A stretch of DNA of 63,993 nucleotides, the filler included, from Octopus bimaculoides (lineage: Eukaryota), in assembly GCF_001194135.2 (NCBI RefSeq). It is 6 parts of 6 records of this genome, joined end to end, with 100 filler letters (N's around TTAATTAATTAA, not from the genome) between each part and the next. Parts side by side here need not be neighbours in the genome. Positions count along the whole stretch, not along the records: positions 6,715 to 28,482 come from NC_068996.1; positions 28,583 to 37,413 come from NC_068988.1; 4 more parts are not named here. One strand, 5' to 3'. Below are positions 24,830-37,413 of the stretch, piece by piece (position 1 is the stretch's first letter; the number at the start of each line of letters is the position of its first letter). The notes under the pieces were generated by a model. The model worked only from the letters and a program-made list of their open reading frames with translations. It made no database searches and had not been told where the DNA came from. A program made the translations under genes and the position numbers.

Positions 24830-25050
24830 ACGAGGTCGTGCTGAAAAGTTCCTGACTCGAAGGGTGCCGTGAAAGTCCTGGCTGGAGACCCAAACTTCCG
24901 AGTTCTTTTCTGGGGCTTAAAAAAACTGAAGGACTGCTGCGATAAGTGTGTGAATCTGAGAGGGGAATATGTTGCATAAAACCATAATTAATTGATCCTC
25001 TTGTATTTTCTCTTACCCAAAGCCAGCAACTTTTCAGCACCTCCTCCGTG
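24830..25050 (+). mobile_element. Mariner-derived MITE
   Basis: TIR-like ACGAGGTCGTGCTGAAAAGTTCCTG / CCAGCAACTTTTCAGCACCTCCTCCGT; internal GLKKLKDCCDKCVNLRGEYVA* resembles the mariner C-terminus. Confidence 0.8.
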
Positions 25051-25252
25051 TACACACACACACACACACGCACACACACGTTTTCATCCAAAATGGAGAC
25101 AAACATTATTCCTCCATGTAATCAGCTTGAAAAATTGTTAAGATATTAAGATATTTTTCTTATCGAGAGTAATGGTAGCCATAGTTGACAAATAAAGAAA
25201 TTCTCTCCACCAGTGCGATGTTGAGCACTCATTCTCGTCGTTCGACATTTAC

Positions 25253-25289
<37 letters not shown>

Positions 25290-25337
25290 CATACATACAT
25301 ACATACATACATACATACACACATACATGCATACATA

Positions 25338-25830
25338 CAGTGTTATTCAAAAAGAAAGAGCAGATTTTAAATTTATTTTTAAAACAAACGGTAAGAAACA
25401 AACAAATTCTACATATTTCTTGATAGGGGAAGGTTTAAAGTTTATAACTGAACATGATCAAATGAATTAAACCTTAGATAAAATAATATTTTAATGTTTC
25501 ATTTTGTTAATTTTATTTAAAGTTGTATTAGTTTCATTTGTGTAATCCCTTAAAAAATGGCGACGCCACAAGAAAAGTCTTTTTGTGTGCTGCAGTTTGA
25601 GAAATGCGAATCGATTGTGCAAGTGCAACGTGAATTTCCCCGCCAATTCAATAAAATAAAATCCACCTCATCACAAGCAAATTTACGAATAGCATAAAAA
25701 TTTCACAGAAAAAGGTTTCGATGTTTCGATGTTTGTCGAGCAACACATGGTGTTCATGTTGAGTGCATACTACCTTAAAATAAACTTTAAACCTTCCCCT
25801 GTCACGAAATATGTAGAATGTGTTTGTGTC
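25338..25830 (+). mobile_element. Tc1/mariner element left end with N-terminal HTH (DUF4817-like) remnant
   Basis: TA-CAGTGTTATTCAAAAAG end; ATG at 25557 gives MATPQEKSFCVLQFEKCESIVQVQREF. Confidence 0.7.
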
Positions 25831-25853
25831 TCTTACCGTTTGTNNNNNNNNNN

Positions 25854-25895
<42 letters not shown>

Positions 25896-26074
25896 TATAT
25901 ATATATTTTTTATTATATGTATTTATTTTCTCCTAATTAATAAATAACTCGGACAAAATAAATTGGTTAATAGATACCAGGGTAGCAAAGATCACAAAAT
26001 GACTGTAGTGTAACTCCTGTTCATGAGGTAGAAACTCCTTGTTATTTTGGGTACTTGAGTATATATAAATTTAG

Positions 26075-26186
26075 TGAATGGAGTAAAACGCATATATTAA
26101 CTGCATACTTTTATTTCCAACATATGTTTCGAAGATTACAAATTATACCTTCCATAGGAATCGGTGATATTAAAAATGTAACCTTC
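26075..26186 (-). ncRNA. Third copy of hammerhead repeat, catalytic CUGAUGA lost at junction
   Basis: Minus strand GAAGGTTACA...TGTAATCTTC-GAAAC-ATAT-GTT-GGAA; 10-bp stem II intact. Confidence 0.6.
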
Positions 26187-26194
26187 GTGCAGGA

Positions 26195-27075
26195 AGTGAG
26201 ATCCTCAGGAAGTACCCTCTTCCTGATGACCTCCCATACAACCCCAAATCAGCCGAACTAGCATACCTCAAAGAAGACCTGGAGGTAAAATGCTCATCAT
26301 AGCTCCCTCACCCCCTCCAAAAACAAAAACAAAAACCATGCATAGGTGTATTTCTTGAAGAAGATAGTAACATTGACATGAAGCGAAACCTCTCTTGGAC
26401 TCATAACCGCTGCATCAACTTCGGAGGCTATGCATTTGCAGTCCAAGAATAGGAAATTGCTACTAAATATCTACTCAACAAAAGAGACAGTGAAGTCTTT
26501 GGAGTTCTAAGATACAACCGAAAATGTAGATTGTATCATATTTCTGTGGAAGACATCGCATGTGATTTTGCAGCAGCCAAACATGTCATCAACGTATTAC
26601 CTCCTTATGCGACATGACGTTGTCGCAAAAACAATATACAATGCCATCCGGAAAAAAAAGACTACCCTGGAATAAATATAGAGAATCTCCCTGTTATTGA
26701 ATATGCACACAAATACCAGCACAAGGAATACTGGTGGAACATTCCCATAAAAAATCTGTCAAGTGTAAGTATAACACCTGGGTATTGTTTGGGACAGACA
26801 AGAAAAGTACGTACCATCATAGAGGTTAGTTGGCCTGCTGATGTGACTATCTCTTTCAAAAGCAAAGAGAAAGAAGATAACTATGGACAATTGCTTCGAA
26901 AGCCCCAATTTCTATATCCGGATTACAAATTTACATTTATGGCAGTAATAATTGGAGAACTTGATTTTCTAAGTAAATGCTTAGCTGTCAGTCGGGATAA
27001 GCTAGGGTTTTCAGAAAAAGAAACCACCTGACTGATTCACACATTACAAGTACAATCTGTAAGCGGAACAGTAAA
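26195..27075 (+). mobile_element. R4/Dong-type LINE 3' fragment (same family as 11860-13020)
   Basis: GYAFAVQE*EIATKYL, KCRL, MSSTYYLLMRHDVVAKTIY, EYWWNIPI, IIEVSWPADV, FMAVIIGEL; aligns with the 11860-12600 reverse complement. Confidence 0.88.
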
Positions 27076-27106
27076 ACTATGCAAGACATTTTGAGTTTCA
27101 TTTTTC

Positions 27107-27137
<31 letters not shown>

Positions 27138-27693
27138 TGAATATGCAGAATACATACATTCAAACGTACACACACGTATACATACATACATACATACATA
27201 CATATANNNNNNNNNNNNNNNNNNNNNNNNNNNNNNNNNNNNNNNNNNNNNNNNNNNNNNNNNNNNNNNNNNNNNNNNNNNNNNNNNNNNNNNNNNNNNN
27301 NNNNNNNNNNNNNNNNNNNNNNNNNNNNNNNNNNNNNNNNNNNNNNNNNNNNNNNNNNNNNNNNNNNNNNNNNNNNNNNNNNNNNNNNNNNNNNNNNNNN
27401 NNNNNNNNNNNNNNNNNNNNNNNNNNNNNNNNNNNNNNNNNNNNNNNNNNNNNNNNNNNNNNNNNNNNNNNNNNNNNNNNNNNNNNNNNNNNNNNNNNNN
27501 NNNNNNNNNNNNNNNNNNNNNNNNNNNNNNNNNNNNNNNNNNNNNNNNNNNNNNNNNNNNNNNNNNNNNNNNNNNNNNNNNNNNNNNNNNNNNNNNNNNN
27601 NNNNNNNNNNNNNNNNNNNNNNNNNNNNNNNNNNNNNNNNNNNNNNNNNNNNNNNNNNNNNNNNNNNNNNNNNNNNNNNNNNNNNNNNNNNNN

Positions 27694-27725
<32 letters not shown>

Positions 27726-28431
27726 AATTATATAATTATATAAATATAATTATAATAAGGGCACTAATGAGTAGCACTCCATGCCAGAAATAGACACCAA
27801 ATTGCTCTAAGAACTACATTATTTACCCCATTAGTACGGGTTGAAAGCGAGGGAAGTGAACAAAAATGATTTTTTAAAAAAGGGTTTAACTATAGATCAA
27901 TTTCTAATTTAGAGATGTAAATCTTTGTACTGTCATCAGTATAGTATAGCACATTGTACATAATAAACCTTTTACATACCCATACAAATAACACGTATCC
28001 ACAAATGTTCACATTTATATACAAGCTAAATGTAATTCATTCACTTCAGCCACGTGCGTGTACGACCAAAGATAATACCGGAGTGAATATATTATTGGGT
28101 GTAATTTATATTTATATATAATCAAGGGTAAAATCTTTATAACATTTTATCAAGTAGCGAGCACGTAATAAAATCCTACATACATCTCTAAAGTTGAAAT
28201 CGATTTATAGTTAAACCCTTTTGTAAAAAATCTTTCTTGTTCACTTCTCTCGCTTTTGACCCGTGCTAATGGGGTAAAAAATGTAGTCTTAGAGCCATGT
28301 GGCGTCTATTTCTAGCATGTGATGCTACTCATTAATGCCCTTATTAAAATTATAATTATATAATTATATATTTTGCATTAATTGTATTAATGCTGACTAC
28401 TTGATAAAATCTCATAAGGATTTCATCCTTG

Positions 28432-28480
<49 letters not shown>

Positions 28481-28621
28481 CANNNNNNNNNNNNNNNNNN
28501 NNNNNNNNNNNNNNNNNNNNNNNNNNTTAATTAATTAANNNNNNNNNNNNNNNNNNNNNNNNNNNNNNNNNNNNNNNNNNNNTATATATATATATATATA
28601 TGTATACACGTACATATATAT

Positions 28622-29097
28622 ATTTTATCTTTTATTTGTTTCAATTATTAGCCTGCGGCCATGCTGGGGCACCGCCTTGAAGAATTTTAGTTGAATAAAT
28701 CGCCTACAGTTCTTATTTTTTAAAGTCTGTTGCGTAGTTTAAGTTACGGTGACGTAAACCCACCAACACCGATTGTCAAGCGTTGGTGGGAGACAAACAG
28801 ACAGAAAAATACACACACAGGTGTGTGTGTGTGTGTGTGTAACTATTTGGACTTTGGGTATATGTCCATGAGTATGTTGATTGAGGAATATTTGCGGTTC
28901 GGACTACCTGATGATATCCATACTTACGGTATAATTTTCAGTGGATCTACGTCAGGAAATCCGCATCGACGGGCTTCTTTCAGTTTCCGTCTACAAAATC
29001 CACTCGCAAAGCTAAAGATGCCGCGAATCTTAGAAGACAGCTACCCAAAGTACCACGCAGTAGGACAGAACCAGGAAGCATGGGAGCGGGAACCAAA
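28622..29097 (-). mobile_element. SINE-A with ~127-bp foreign insert (28841-28967) in its central microsatellite
   Basis: SINE-A 3' body 28622-28820 and head 28968-29097, both on the minus strand. Confidence 0.8.
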
Positions 29098-29144
29098 CTA
29101 TATATATAAATGTATATAAATCCGTGCATGTATATATCTGTATA

Positions 29145-29339
29145 CAGTAATCCATCGCCATATGGCGCTTCACCTATCGCGGTTCACATATCGCGGTTTA
29201 TTATATAAGCTTATGTCAATTCCTCTGGGATGTTGTTTTGCATTTATAATAAAATAAATATATATAAATCATATAAATAATAATAAAAAATTGAAAGTAT
29301 AGTACTGTTTCTACTTCGCGGATTTTCACCTATCGCGGG

Positions 29340-29342
<3 letters not shown>
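29145..29342 (+). mobile_element. pogo/Tigger-like element left end
   Basis: TA-CAGTAATCCATCGCCATAT start with repeated CACCTATCGCGG subterminal motifs. Confidence 0.6.
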
Positions 29343-29382
<40 letters not shown>

Positions 29383-30093
29383 NNNNNNNNNNNNNNNNNN
29401 NNNNNNNNNNNNNNNNNNNNNNNNNNNNNNNNNNNNNNNNNNNNNNNNNNNNNNNNNNNNNNNNNNNNNNNNNNNNNNNNNNNNNNNNNNNNNNNNNNNN
29501 NNNNNNNNNNNNNNNNNNNNNNNNNNNNNNNNNNNNNNNNNNNNNNNNNNNNNNNNNNNNNNNNNNNNNNNNNNNNNNNNNNNNNNNNNNNNNNNNNNNN
29601 NNNNNNNNNNNNNNNNNNNNNNNNNNNNNNNNNNNNNNNNNNNNNNNNNNNNNNNNNNNNNNNNNNNNNNNNNNNNNNNNNNNNNNNNNNNNNNNNNNNN
29701 NNNNNNNNNNNNNNNNNNNNNNNNNNNNNNNNNNNNNNNNNNNNNNNNNNNNNNNNNNNNNNNNNNNNNNNNNNNNNNNNNNNNNNNNNNNNNNNNNNNN
29801 NNNNNNNNNNNNNNNNNNNNNNNNNNNNNNNNNNNNNNNNNNNNNNNNNNNNNNNNNNNNNNNNNNNNNNNNNNNNNNNNNNNNNNNNNNNNNNNNNNNN
29901 NNNNNNNNNNNNNNNNNNNNNNNNNNNNNNNNNNNNNNNNNNNNNNNNNNNNNNNNNNNNNNNNNNNNNNNNNNNNNNNNNNNNNNNNNNNNNNNNNNNN
30001 NNNNNNNNNNNNNNNNNNNNNNNNNNNNNNNNNNNNNNNNNNNNNNNNNNNNNNNNNNNNNNNNNNNNNNNNNNNNNNNNNNNNNNNNNNNNN

Positions 30094-30155
<62 letters not shown>

Positions 30156-31497
30156 CATACATACACATGCTCATACACATACACACGCAGAGTGTCAGTG
30201 TTTGTGCTATTACATACATTCTCGGTGATAATAGGCCAAGAACAATAGTCGGTAAATCCTTTTATATATTTTCTAAACTCCATTTTCTATGGCCATTTCA
30301 ATAACTAACCTACATTATAATAAGGTGTGAATACAGCTGGTGTTAACGAAACCACACACAACACTCTCCTGTCACGTACATACGCCACAAATCACAAACG
30401 CATACATAAATACATATAAATACACACACAGACAGACACATCATCTCCACACATCCCATATATATATATATATACCCCATACACACACACACGCATATAT
30501 ATATATATNNNNNNNNNNNNNNNNNNNNNNNNNNNNNNNNNNNNNNNNNNNNNNNNNNNNNNNNNNNNNNNNNNNNNNNNNNNNNNNNNNNNNNNNNNNN
30601 NNNNNNNNNNNNNNNNNNNNNNNNNNNNNNNNNNNNNNNNNNNNNNNNNNNNNNNNNNNNNNNNNNNNNNNNNNNNNNNNNNNNNNNNNNNNNNNNNNNN
30701 NNNNNNNNNNNNNNNNNNNNNNNNNNNNNNNNNNNNNNNNNNNNNNNNNNNNNNNNNNNNNNNNNNNNNNNNNNNNNNNNNNNNNNNNNNNNNNNNNNNN
30801 NNNNNNNNNNNNNNNNNNNNNNNNNNNNNNNNNNNNNNNNNNNNNNNNNNNNNNNNNNNNNNNNNNNNNNNNNNNNNNNNNNNNNNNNNNNNNNNNNNNN
30901 NNNNNNNNNNNNNNNNNNNNNNNNNNNNNNNNNNNNNNNNNNNNNNNNNNNNNNNNNNNNNNNNNNNNNNNNNNNNNNNNNNNNNNNNNNNNNNNNNNNN
31001 NNNNNNNNNNNNNNNNNNNNNNNNNNNNNNNNNNNNNNNNNNNNNNNNNNNNNNNNNNNNNNNNNNNNNNNNNNNNNNNNNNNNNNNNNNNNNNNNNNNN
31101 NNNNNNNNNNNNNNNNNNNNNNNNNNNNNNNNNNNNNNNNNNNNNNNNNNNNNNNNNNNNNNNNNNNNNNNNNNNNNNNNNNNNNNNNNNNNNNNNNNNN
31201 NNNNNNNNNNNNNNNNNNNNNNNNNNNNNNNNNNNNNNNNNNNNNNNNNNNNNNNNNNNNNNNNNNNNNNNNNNNNNNNNNNNNNNNNNNNNNNNNNNNN
31301 NNNNNNNNNNNNNNNNNNNNNNNNNNNNNNNNNNNNNNNNNNNNNNNNNNNNNNNNNNNNNNNNNNNNNNNNNNNNNNNNNNNNNNNNNNNNNNNNNNNN
31401 NNNNNNNNNNNNNNNNNNNNNNNNNNNNNNNNNNNNNNNNNNNNNNNNNNNNNNNNNNNNNNNNNNNNNNNNNNNNNNNNNNNNNNNNNNTATATAT

Positions 31498-31918
31498 GCG
31501 CAGGAGTGGCTATGTGGTAAGTAGCTTGCTTACCAACCACATGGTTCTGGGTTCATTCCCACTGCGTGGCACCTTGGGCAAGTGTCATCTACTATAGCCT
31601 CGGGCCGACCAAAGCCTTGTGAGTGGATTTGGTAGACGGAAACTGAAAGAAGCCCGTCGTATATATGTATATATATATATATATGTGTGTGTGTGTATGT
31701 TTGTGTGTGTCTTTGTCCACCCCCCAACATCGCTTGACAACCGATGCTGGTCTGTTTACGTCCTCGTATTCTAGCGGTTCGGCAAAAGAGACCGATAGAA
31801 TAAGTACTAGGTTTCCAAAGAATAAGTCCTGGGGTCGATTTGCTCGACTAAAGGCGGTGCTGCAGCATGGCCACAGTCAAATGACTGAAACAAGTAAAAG
31901 AGTAAGAGTAAAAGAGTA
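31498..31918 (+). mobile_element. SINE-A, full length
   Basis: Collinear with 9407-9808. Confidence 0.9.
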
Positions 31919-31969
31919 TGTATATGCATCTATGTATGTGTGAATGTATCCATACATAATGTATGTAAC

Positions 31970-32072
31970 TATATTCTTTTATTCTTTTATTTGTTTCAGT
32001 TGTTTTGTCTGCGTCCATGCTGGAGCACCGCCTTTTTAGTCGCACAAATCGAACCCAGGACTTATTCTATCC
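31970..32072 (-). mobile_element. SINE-A 3' fragment
   Basis: Reverse complement of the SINE-A tail (CCATGCTGGAGCACCGCC...CCCAGGACTTATTC). Confidence 0.75.
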
Positions 32073-32084
32073 GTATCTTTTGGC

Positions 32085-32550
32085 CACTGTCACCCGTTGG
32101 AATCTACAAGCAGATTCTTAGACAGCATGCTCTTCCACATCTCTGATCCTCGTCAGTTCGACCGCCTATCTCCGTGCAGAAAAACGCCCCCTGTCACACT
32201 GCTAAGAGACTCAAAGATTTTTTGAGTGATGCAGGAGTTGATCTCATAGACTGGCCACCTCAAAGTCCCGATCTCAACCCTATAGAAAACGTTTGTAAGG
32301 TTATTGGACATGGGGCGCGAAGGAGAAATCCAAAGAACCAAGATGAACTCTGAGAATTATTGAGAAACCAATGGAACAATATTACTCCATCATTTTGCAA
32401 GAAATTCATTCAGTCCTGTGGTAACAGATGTCAGGAGGCGATTGATCGTAAAGGGATATTTACAAAATATCAATAGTAAGGGTTTCTTTTTTGTTCTTGT
32501 TCCATATTTCATTGTTTTTCTAAGGGACCCTTAACTTTTGGCCATTGCAG
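32085..32550 (+). mobile_element. Tc1 (DD34E-type) transposase C-terminal fossil with right end
   Basis: QKNAPCHTAKRLKDFL...DWPPQSPDLNPIENV...RCQEAIDRKGIFTKY; end CTTAACTTTTGGCCATTGCAG. Confidence 0.88.
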
Positions 32551-32849
32551 TTTGGAAGATTATTTGTTTATTTCCTCATAACTTGCGAAATATTTATTCC
32601 ATTCACTTGAAATTTTCACGAACGATAGATATTAAATATATCTAAAAATGTGTAAAATATCTAGTCTCCACGTCTTGTCTAATTTTCTATAATAAATATT
32701 TCAATACACTTGTTCTTACTGGCCCTTCTATTGTGGACGCTACTGTAGATAGCATATTAGTTCTGATAGGAAATTTAATGAATGTTTTTCACCCACCAAG
32801 CAGTACAAGAGACTCTTGAACAAAGTCATATCACATGTTAGTAATAAAT

Positions 32850-32929
<80 letters not shown>

Positions 32930-33655
32930 GGTGGTGGTGGTGGTGGTAACTGCAATAGTAACATCAGCAGCAGCAGTAACTCCATCTGGGCAAGTATCTT
33001 CAGCTGTTAAACAAGAGAAACCAACAAAACGAGAGTCGTTATTTCAGTCGCCTGGCACCCAGCCTGCTAGAAATAGCAGCAAAACGTCTACACATTCCAA
33101 ACCGCTGTCATCCTATACATTAGTTCACGTAGACTTGGTCCTAGATAACCCTCAAAACAGATGCTAGTATGGGAGAGTCACGAATGGAATGTCTTTGATC
33201 TTGGGGGTCCGTTTAGTGTCTGCTCAGTAACAGCTGACATGAGGCGAGGGTAAACAATAACAGGAAATTAATCAATACAGAAATATGATTCAATACTTAC
33301 ATACATACATACATACATACATGCACACACACATACATACATACATACATACATACATACATACTTACATACACACACATACATATATACACGCATACAC
33401 ACATACATACATATATACGTACATACATAGATATAAACACATTCATACAAACATACATATATACACATATATACATACATACACACACATATATACACAT
33501 ACATTCATACATACACACATACATACACACAGACATACATACACGCATACACACATATGCATATATACATACACACGAATACGTACGTACATACATACAT
33601 ACATATATATATATGTGTGTGTGTGAATATACAGATGTATATAAATATATGGCTT

Positions 33656-33764
<109 letters not shown>

Positions 33765-33928
33765 ATTTATATATAAACCTATTGATATATATATACATAC
33801 AGATATTTATATATGTATATGTGTATAAACATATATGCACATATATATACATATGTGTGTGTGTGTGTGTGTGTACCTAACTATGCATTTGTGTGTGTAT
33901 GTATGTGTGAGTGTGTATGTGTGTGTGT

Positions 33929-33973
<45 letters not shown>

Positions 33974-34435
33974 TGTGTGTGGAAATATATCTGCCGGCAA
34001 CATACGATGTATGGCCCTTCCTGATGCTACAAGATGGAAAAACAGCGGGACCTTCCCTTTATGCAAGGCTGGCTGGGGGCAAACTACGAAATCCGCCCAC
34101 ACAAGGGCACAGACCAGATAGATGAATCACCACAAACGCTCGCTCAGTATTTATAAGGGCTCCAGAGTAACCAATCAAATTGATTGCAATGCAAAAACCG
34201 GATATGGCAACCTCTGGAAAGGGTGGCACAGTCCTACCTCGGTTTCCGAGAAGAAACGAGGAGAAACCTGTGGGAGAAGACGATATCTGCCGTATCCTGT
34301 TGCATACACACGTGATATGACGACATCTGGTGGAGTTCATGTTTTTATTGAACAACTGGGCTTGGAGTTACTATAGTCATGTTTTGATGAGAAGCAGACG
34401 CAAGCACACGCGCACACAAGCACAAACATATATTG

Positions 34436-34787
34436 CTTGTTGGCACTCCGTCGCTTACGACGTCGAGGGTTCCAATTGATCCGATCAACGGAACAGCCTG
34501 CTCGTGAAATTAACGTGCAAGTGGCTGAGCACTCCACAGACACTTGTACCCTTAGCGTAGTTCTCGGGGAGAATCAGCGTGACACAGTGTGACAAGGCTG
34601 ACCCTTTGAATTACAGGCACAACAGAAACAGGAAGAAAGAGAGAGAGAGAAAGTTGTGAAAGAGTACAGCAGAGTTCGCCACCATCCCCTGCTGGAGCCT
34701 CGTGGAGCTTTAGGTGTTTTCGCTCAGTAAACACTCGCGATCCCATGAACGCGAGTCCGCTACCCTAACCACTGGGCCATTGCGCCT
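34436..34787 (-). mobile_element. SINE family C (tRNA-derived), small internal deletion
   Basis: Reverse complement of 57456-57838. Confidence 0.88.
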
Positions 34788-34901
34788 ACCACACAAACAT
34801 ATGTTATCACTACGTTAACCTGGTAGTCTGTCTGGATGCTTTGTTCTCCCTTTCTTGTATCACCTAAGTGTCTGGATATTTTGCTTTCTTGTCCCATTTT
34901 T

Positions 34902-34943
<42 letters not shown>

Positions 34944-35854
34944 AGAATAAGCACATAAATGCGAAACAAGGTGGAAGAAATAGTACTCGAATACCAGAGG
35001 TAGAATAATATATATATATATAAAAATATGCGCGGACACAGACGAACATCACTCCTGAAGGAAATGTTCCGTGCTTCCACGCCTTAGCTTGAATATATTG
35101 ATGTTTCATGTTTACGTATTCATAATAATATCTACTTGTTTTGTGTGTTATATTGCTTCACTACGAACCCCGTTTATTGCATCAACCACACATTTATTTC
35201 TGAAACAGCTGTAAAGACCCAGTTAGGAATATGCATATCATTTATTTGCAAATTATATAAATGAATCTGTAACGTATAAAGTTGTTTGTTAATCATTTTG
35301 TCTTCACATACATACGCGTGTTTGTGTGAACCTATAATCGTCATACGAACAAACTTACAGCTCATATATGTGGTCATATAATTAATTCTTTCAGCTCAAC
35401 CTCATTATCCTAATTTATTAATAGACTCCGTAATCATCCAAAGAAATTCAGTAACATAGACAAATCTAGAGAAAACGAATAAAACAGATCAACGAAATAA
35501 ACGGCAGAAAGTAGTACATTAACAACAAACAAGAGCTTCCCTTCGTCATTATATTCGCATTAATATAAATTTCCTGTTTAGACTAGTATTTTCTTTGATT
35601 AATCATAACTAATTAAGTAAGATATGATAATAAACTACGATGATAAATTGAATCACCAGAGCAAGTATTGCTGGTTTGCAGCTTATTCTTACCGCGATTA
35701 CGTAATTCATACTGCAGGTCAGCTCGAATTGGTTCAAGCTATGAATAAAGGCGTTACAGCCGTACCCATCCCCCATTGTATATTATTTTTATATTTATTT
35801 CTTTACTTTCGTATAACGAAATCTACGTGGTCCAATATATACATGCCTCCATAA

Positions 35855-36090
35855 GGCGGCGAGCTGGCAGAATTGTTAGCACGCCAAGCGAAATGCTTAG
35901 CGGTATTTTGTTCGCCGTTACGTTCTGAGATCAAATTCCGCCGAGGTCGACTTTGCCCTTCATCCTTTCGGGGTCGATAAATTAAGCACCAGTTACGCAC
36001 TGGGGCCGATCTAATCGACTTAGTCCCTTTGTTTGTCCCTGTTTGTCCCCCCTATGTTTAGCCCCTTGTGGGCAATAGAGAAATAAGAAA
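35855..36090 (+). mobile_element. SINE family B, full length
   Basis: GGCGGCGAGCTGGCAGAATTGTTAG head, GTTCTGAGATCAAATTCC B-box-like, GGGGTCGATAAATTAAG body. Confidence 0.85.
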
Positions 36091-36095
36091 CATAG

Positions 36096-36250
36096 GATGT
36101 GTGCTAACAAGCTTGCTTCCCAATCACATGGTTCCGGGTTCAGTTCTACTGCGCGGCACCTTGGGCAAGTGTCTTCTACTATAGCCTCGGGCCGACCAAA
36201 ACCTTGTGAGTGGATTTGTTTGACGGAAACTGAAAGAAGCTCGTCATATG
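36096..36250 (+). mobile_element. SINE-A head/core without 3' body
   Basis: Matches ~9425-9570. Confidence 0.85.
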
Positions 36251-36329
36251 TGTGTGTGTGTGTGTGTGTATTTTTGTGTCTGTATTTGACATGCGCGTAT
36301 CTATGTATGCATGTATGTATGTATGTATG

Positions 36330-36500
36330 TATGCAGGTATTGGTAGTGCAAATCAGAGGTGCAATCTGTGTGTGTGTATTTTCAAAACACTGTCTGGTTT
36401 AAAAAGCCACATCAGACGCCATGAAAGGGCTAAGGTGTAGGTGCAGGAGGTGGTCAAACTCTGTTTAAGGAGTAGACAACCACCATGTATGTATGTATAT
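36330..36500 (+). mobile_element. RTE-type LINE 3' end with terminal C2H2 finger and (TGTA)n tail
   Basis: CNLCVCIFKTLSGLKSHIRRH then stop, short 3' UTR and microsatellite tail; RTE ORFs commonly end in such a finger. Confidence 0.6.
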
Positions 36501-37129
36501 ATGCATGTATGTACGTACGTACGTACGTATGTATGTATATGTGGTAGATTGCAATAGATCGCTCGTATGAAGTCATCAGTTTCAAACGATTAAATAAGCA
36601 CAAGCACCTGTATTGAGTTCTCCTTTTCAAACGGTAGTGCATAATCTTATGATTGAAAGGATATATTTAGCTTTTGCATGAGGATTAATTTCAAAACTGT
36701 TGTGTGGCATCTCTCTATTTATGTTCGTCTATGAATGAACGGTGTAATATACGGATCTGAGCTCGATAATTAAGCTAGATTGGTAATGAAGCTGTGATGT
36801 TAATTAATTGGATCAGCAGTTTGCGTTGCTGCGAGTTCGCATTCGCTGCGGGAGTCCCGTTGCATAGAACTTCCGAGAGAAGAGCAGGGACAGCGTAAGA
36901 AACTGGAGGAGGGAGAGATCGACGGAGATAGAGAAAGAGGGGGCGAGACAGAGATAGAAAGCGGGAGCGAAAGAAGGTGGCCAAGACATTCAATTCCACA
37001 TGCCTGAGCGGTTCGAGTTTTGAGATTCGTCAGAGCATATAATTTGTGGTAGACTAAAGTCATGCTAAATGGGTGAGGATATCGGTCGTTGTCACCTGGC
37101 TAATTATAAAACTATCACCTGGTTAGGTG

Positions 37130-37290
37130 CATGCGGGGCTGGGTGCTAACAAGCTTGCTTCACAACCATATGGATCCGGGTTCTGTCACACTGCGTGGTA
37201 CCTTGGGCAAGTGTCTTCTACTATAGCCTCGGACCGACTAAAGCTTTGTGACTGGATTTCGTAGAAGGAAACTGAAAGAAACCCGTCGTA
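37130..37290 (+). mobile_element. SINE-A head/core
   Basis: GGGTTCTGTCACACTGCGTGGTACCTTGGGCAAGTGTCTTCTACTATAGCC. Confidence 0.85.
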
Positions 37291-37348
37291 TTTATAAATG
37301 TGTACGTATGTGTGTGTATATGTGTATGTGTGCGCGCGTGTGTATGTG

Positions 37349-37413
<65 letters not shown>

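Noticed and set aside
36345-36440. Host C2H2 zinc-finger gene exon
   Set aside because: A single finger followed by a stop and a microsatellite tail fits an RTE LINE 3' end better.
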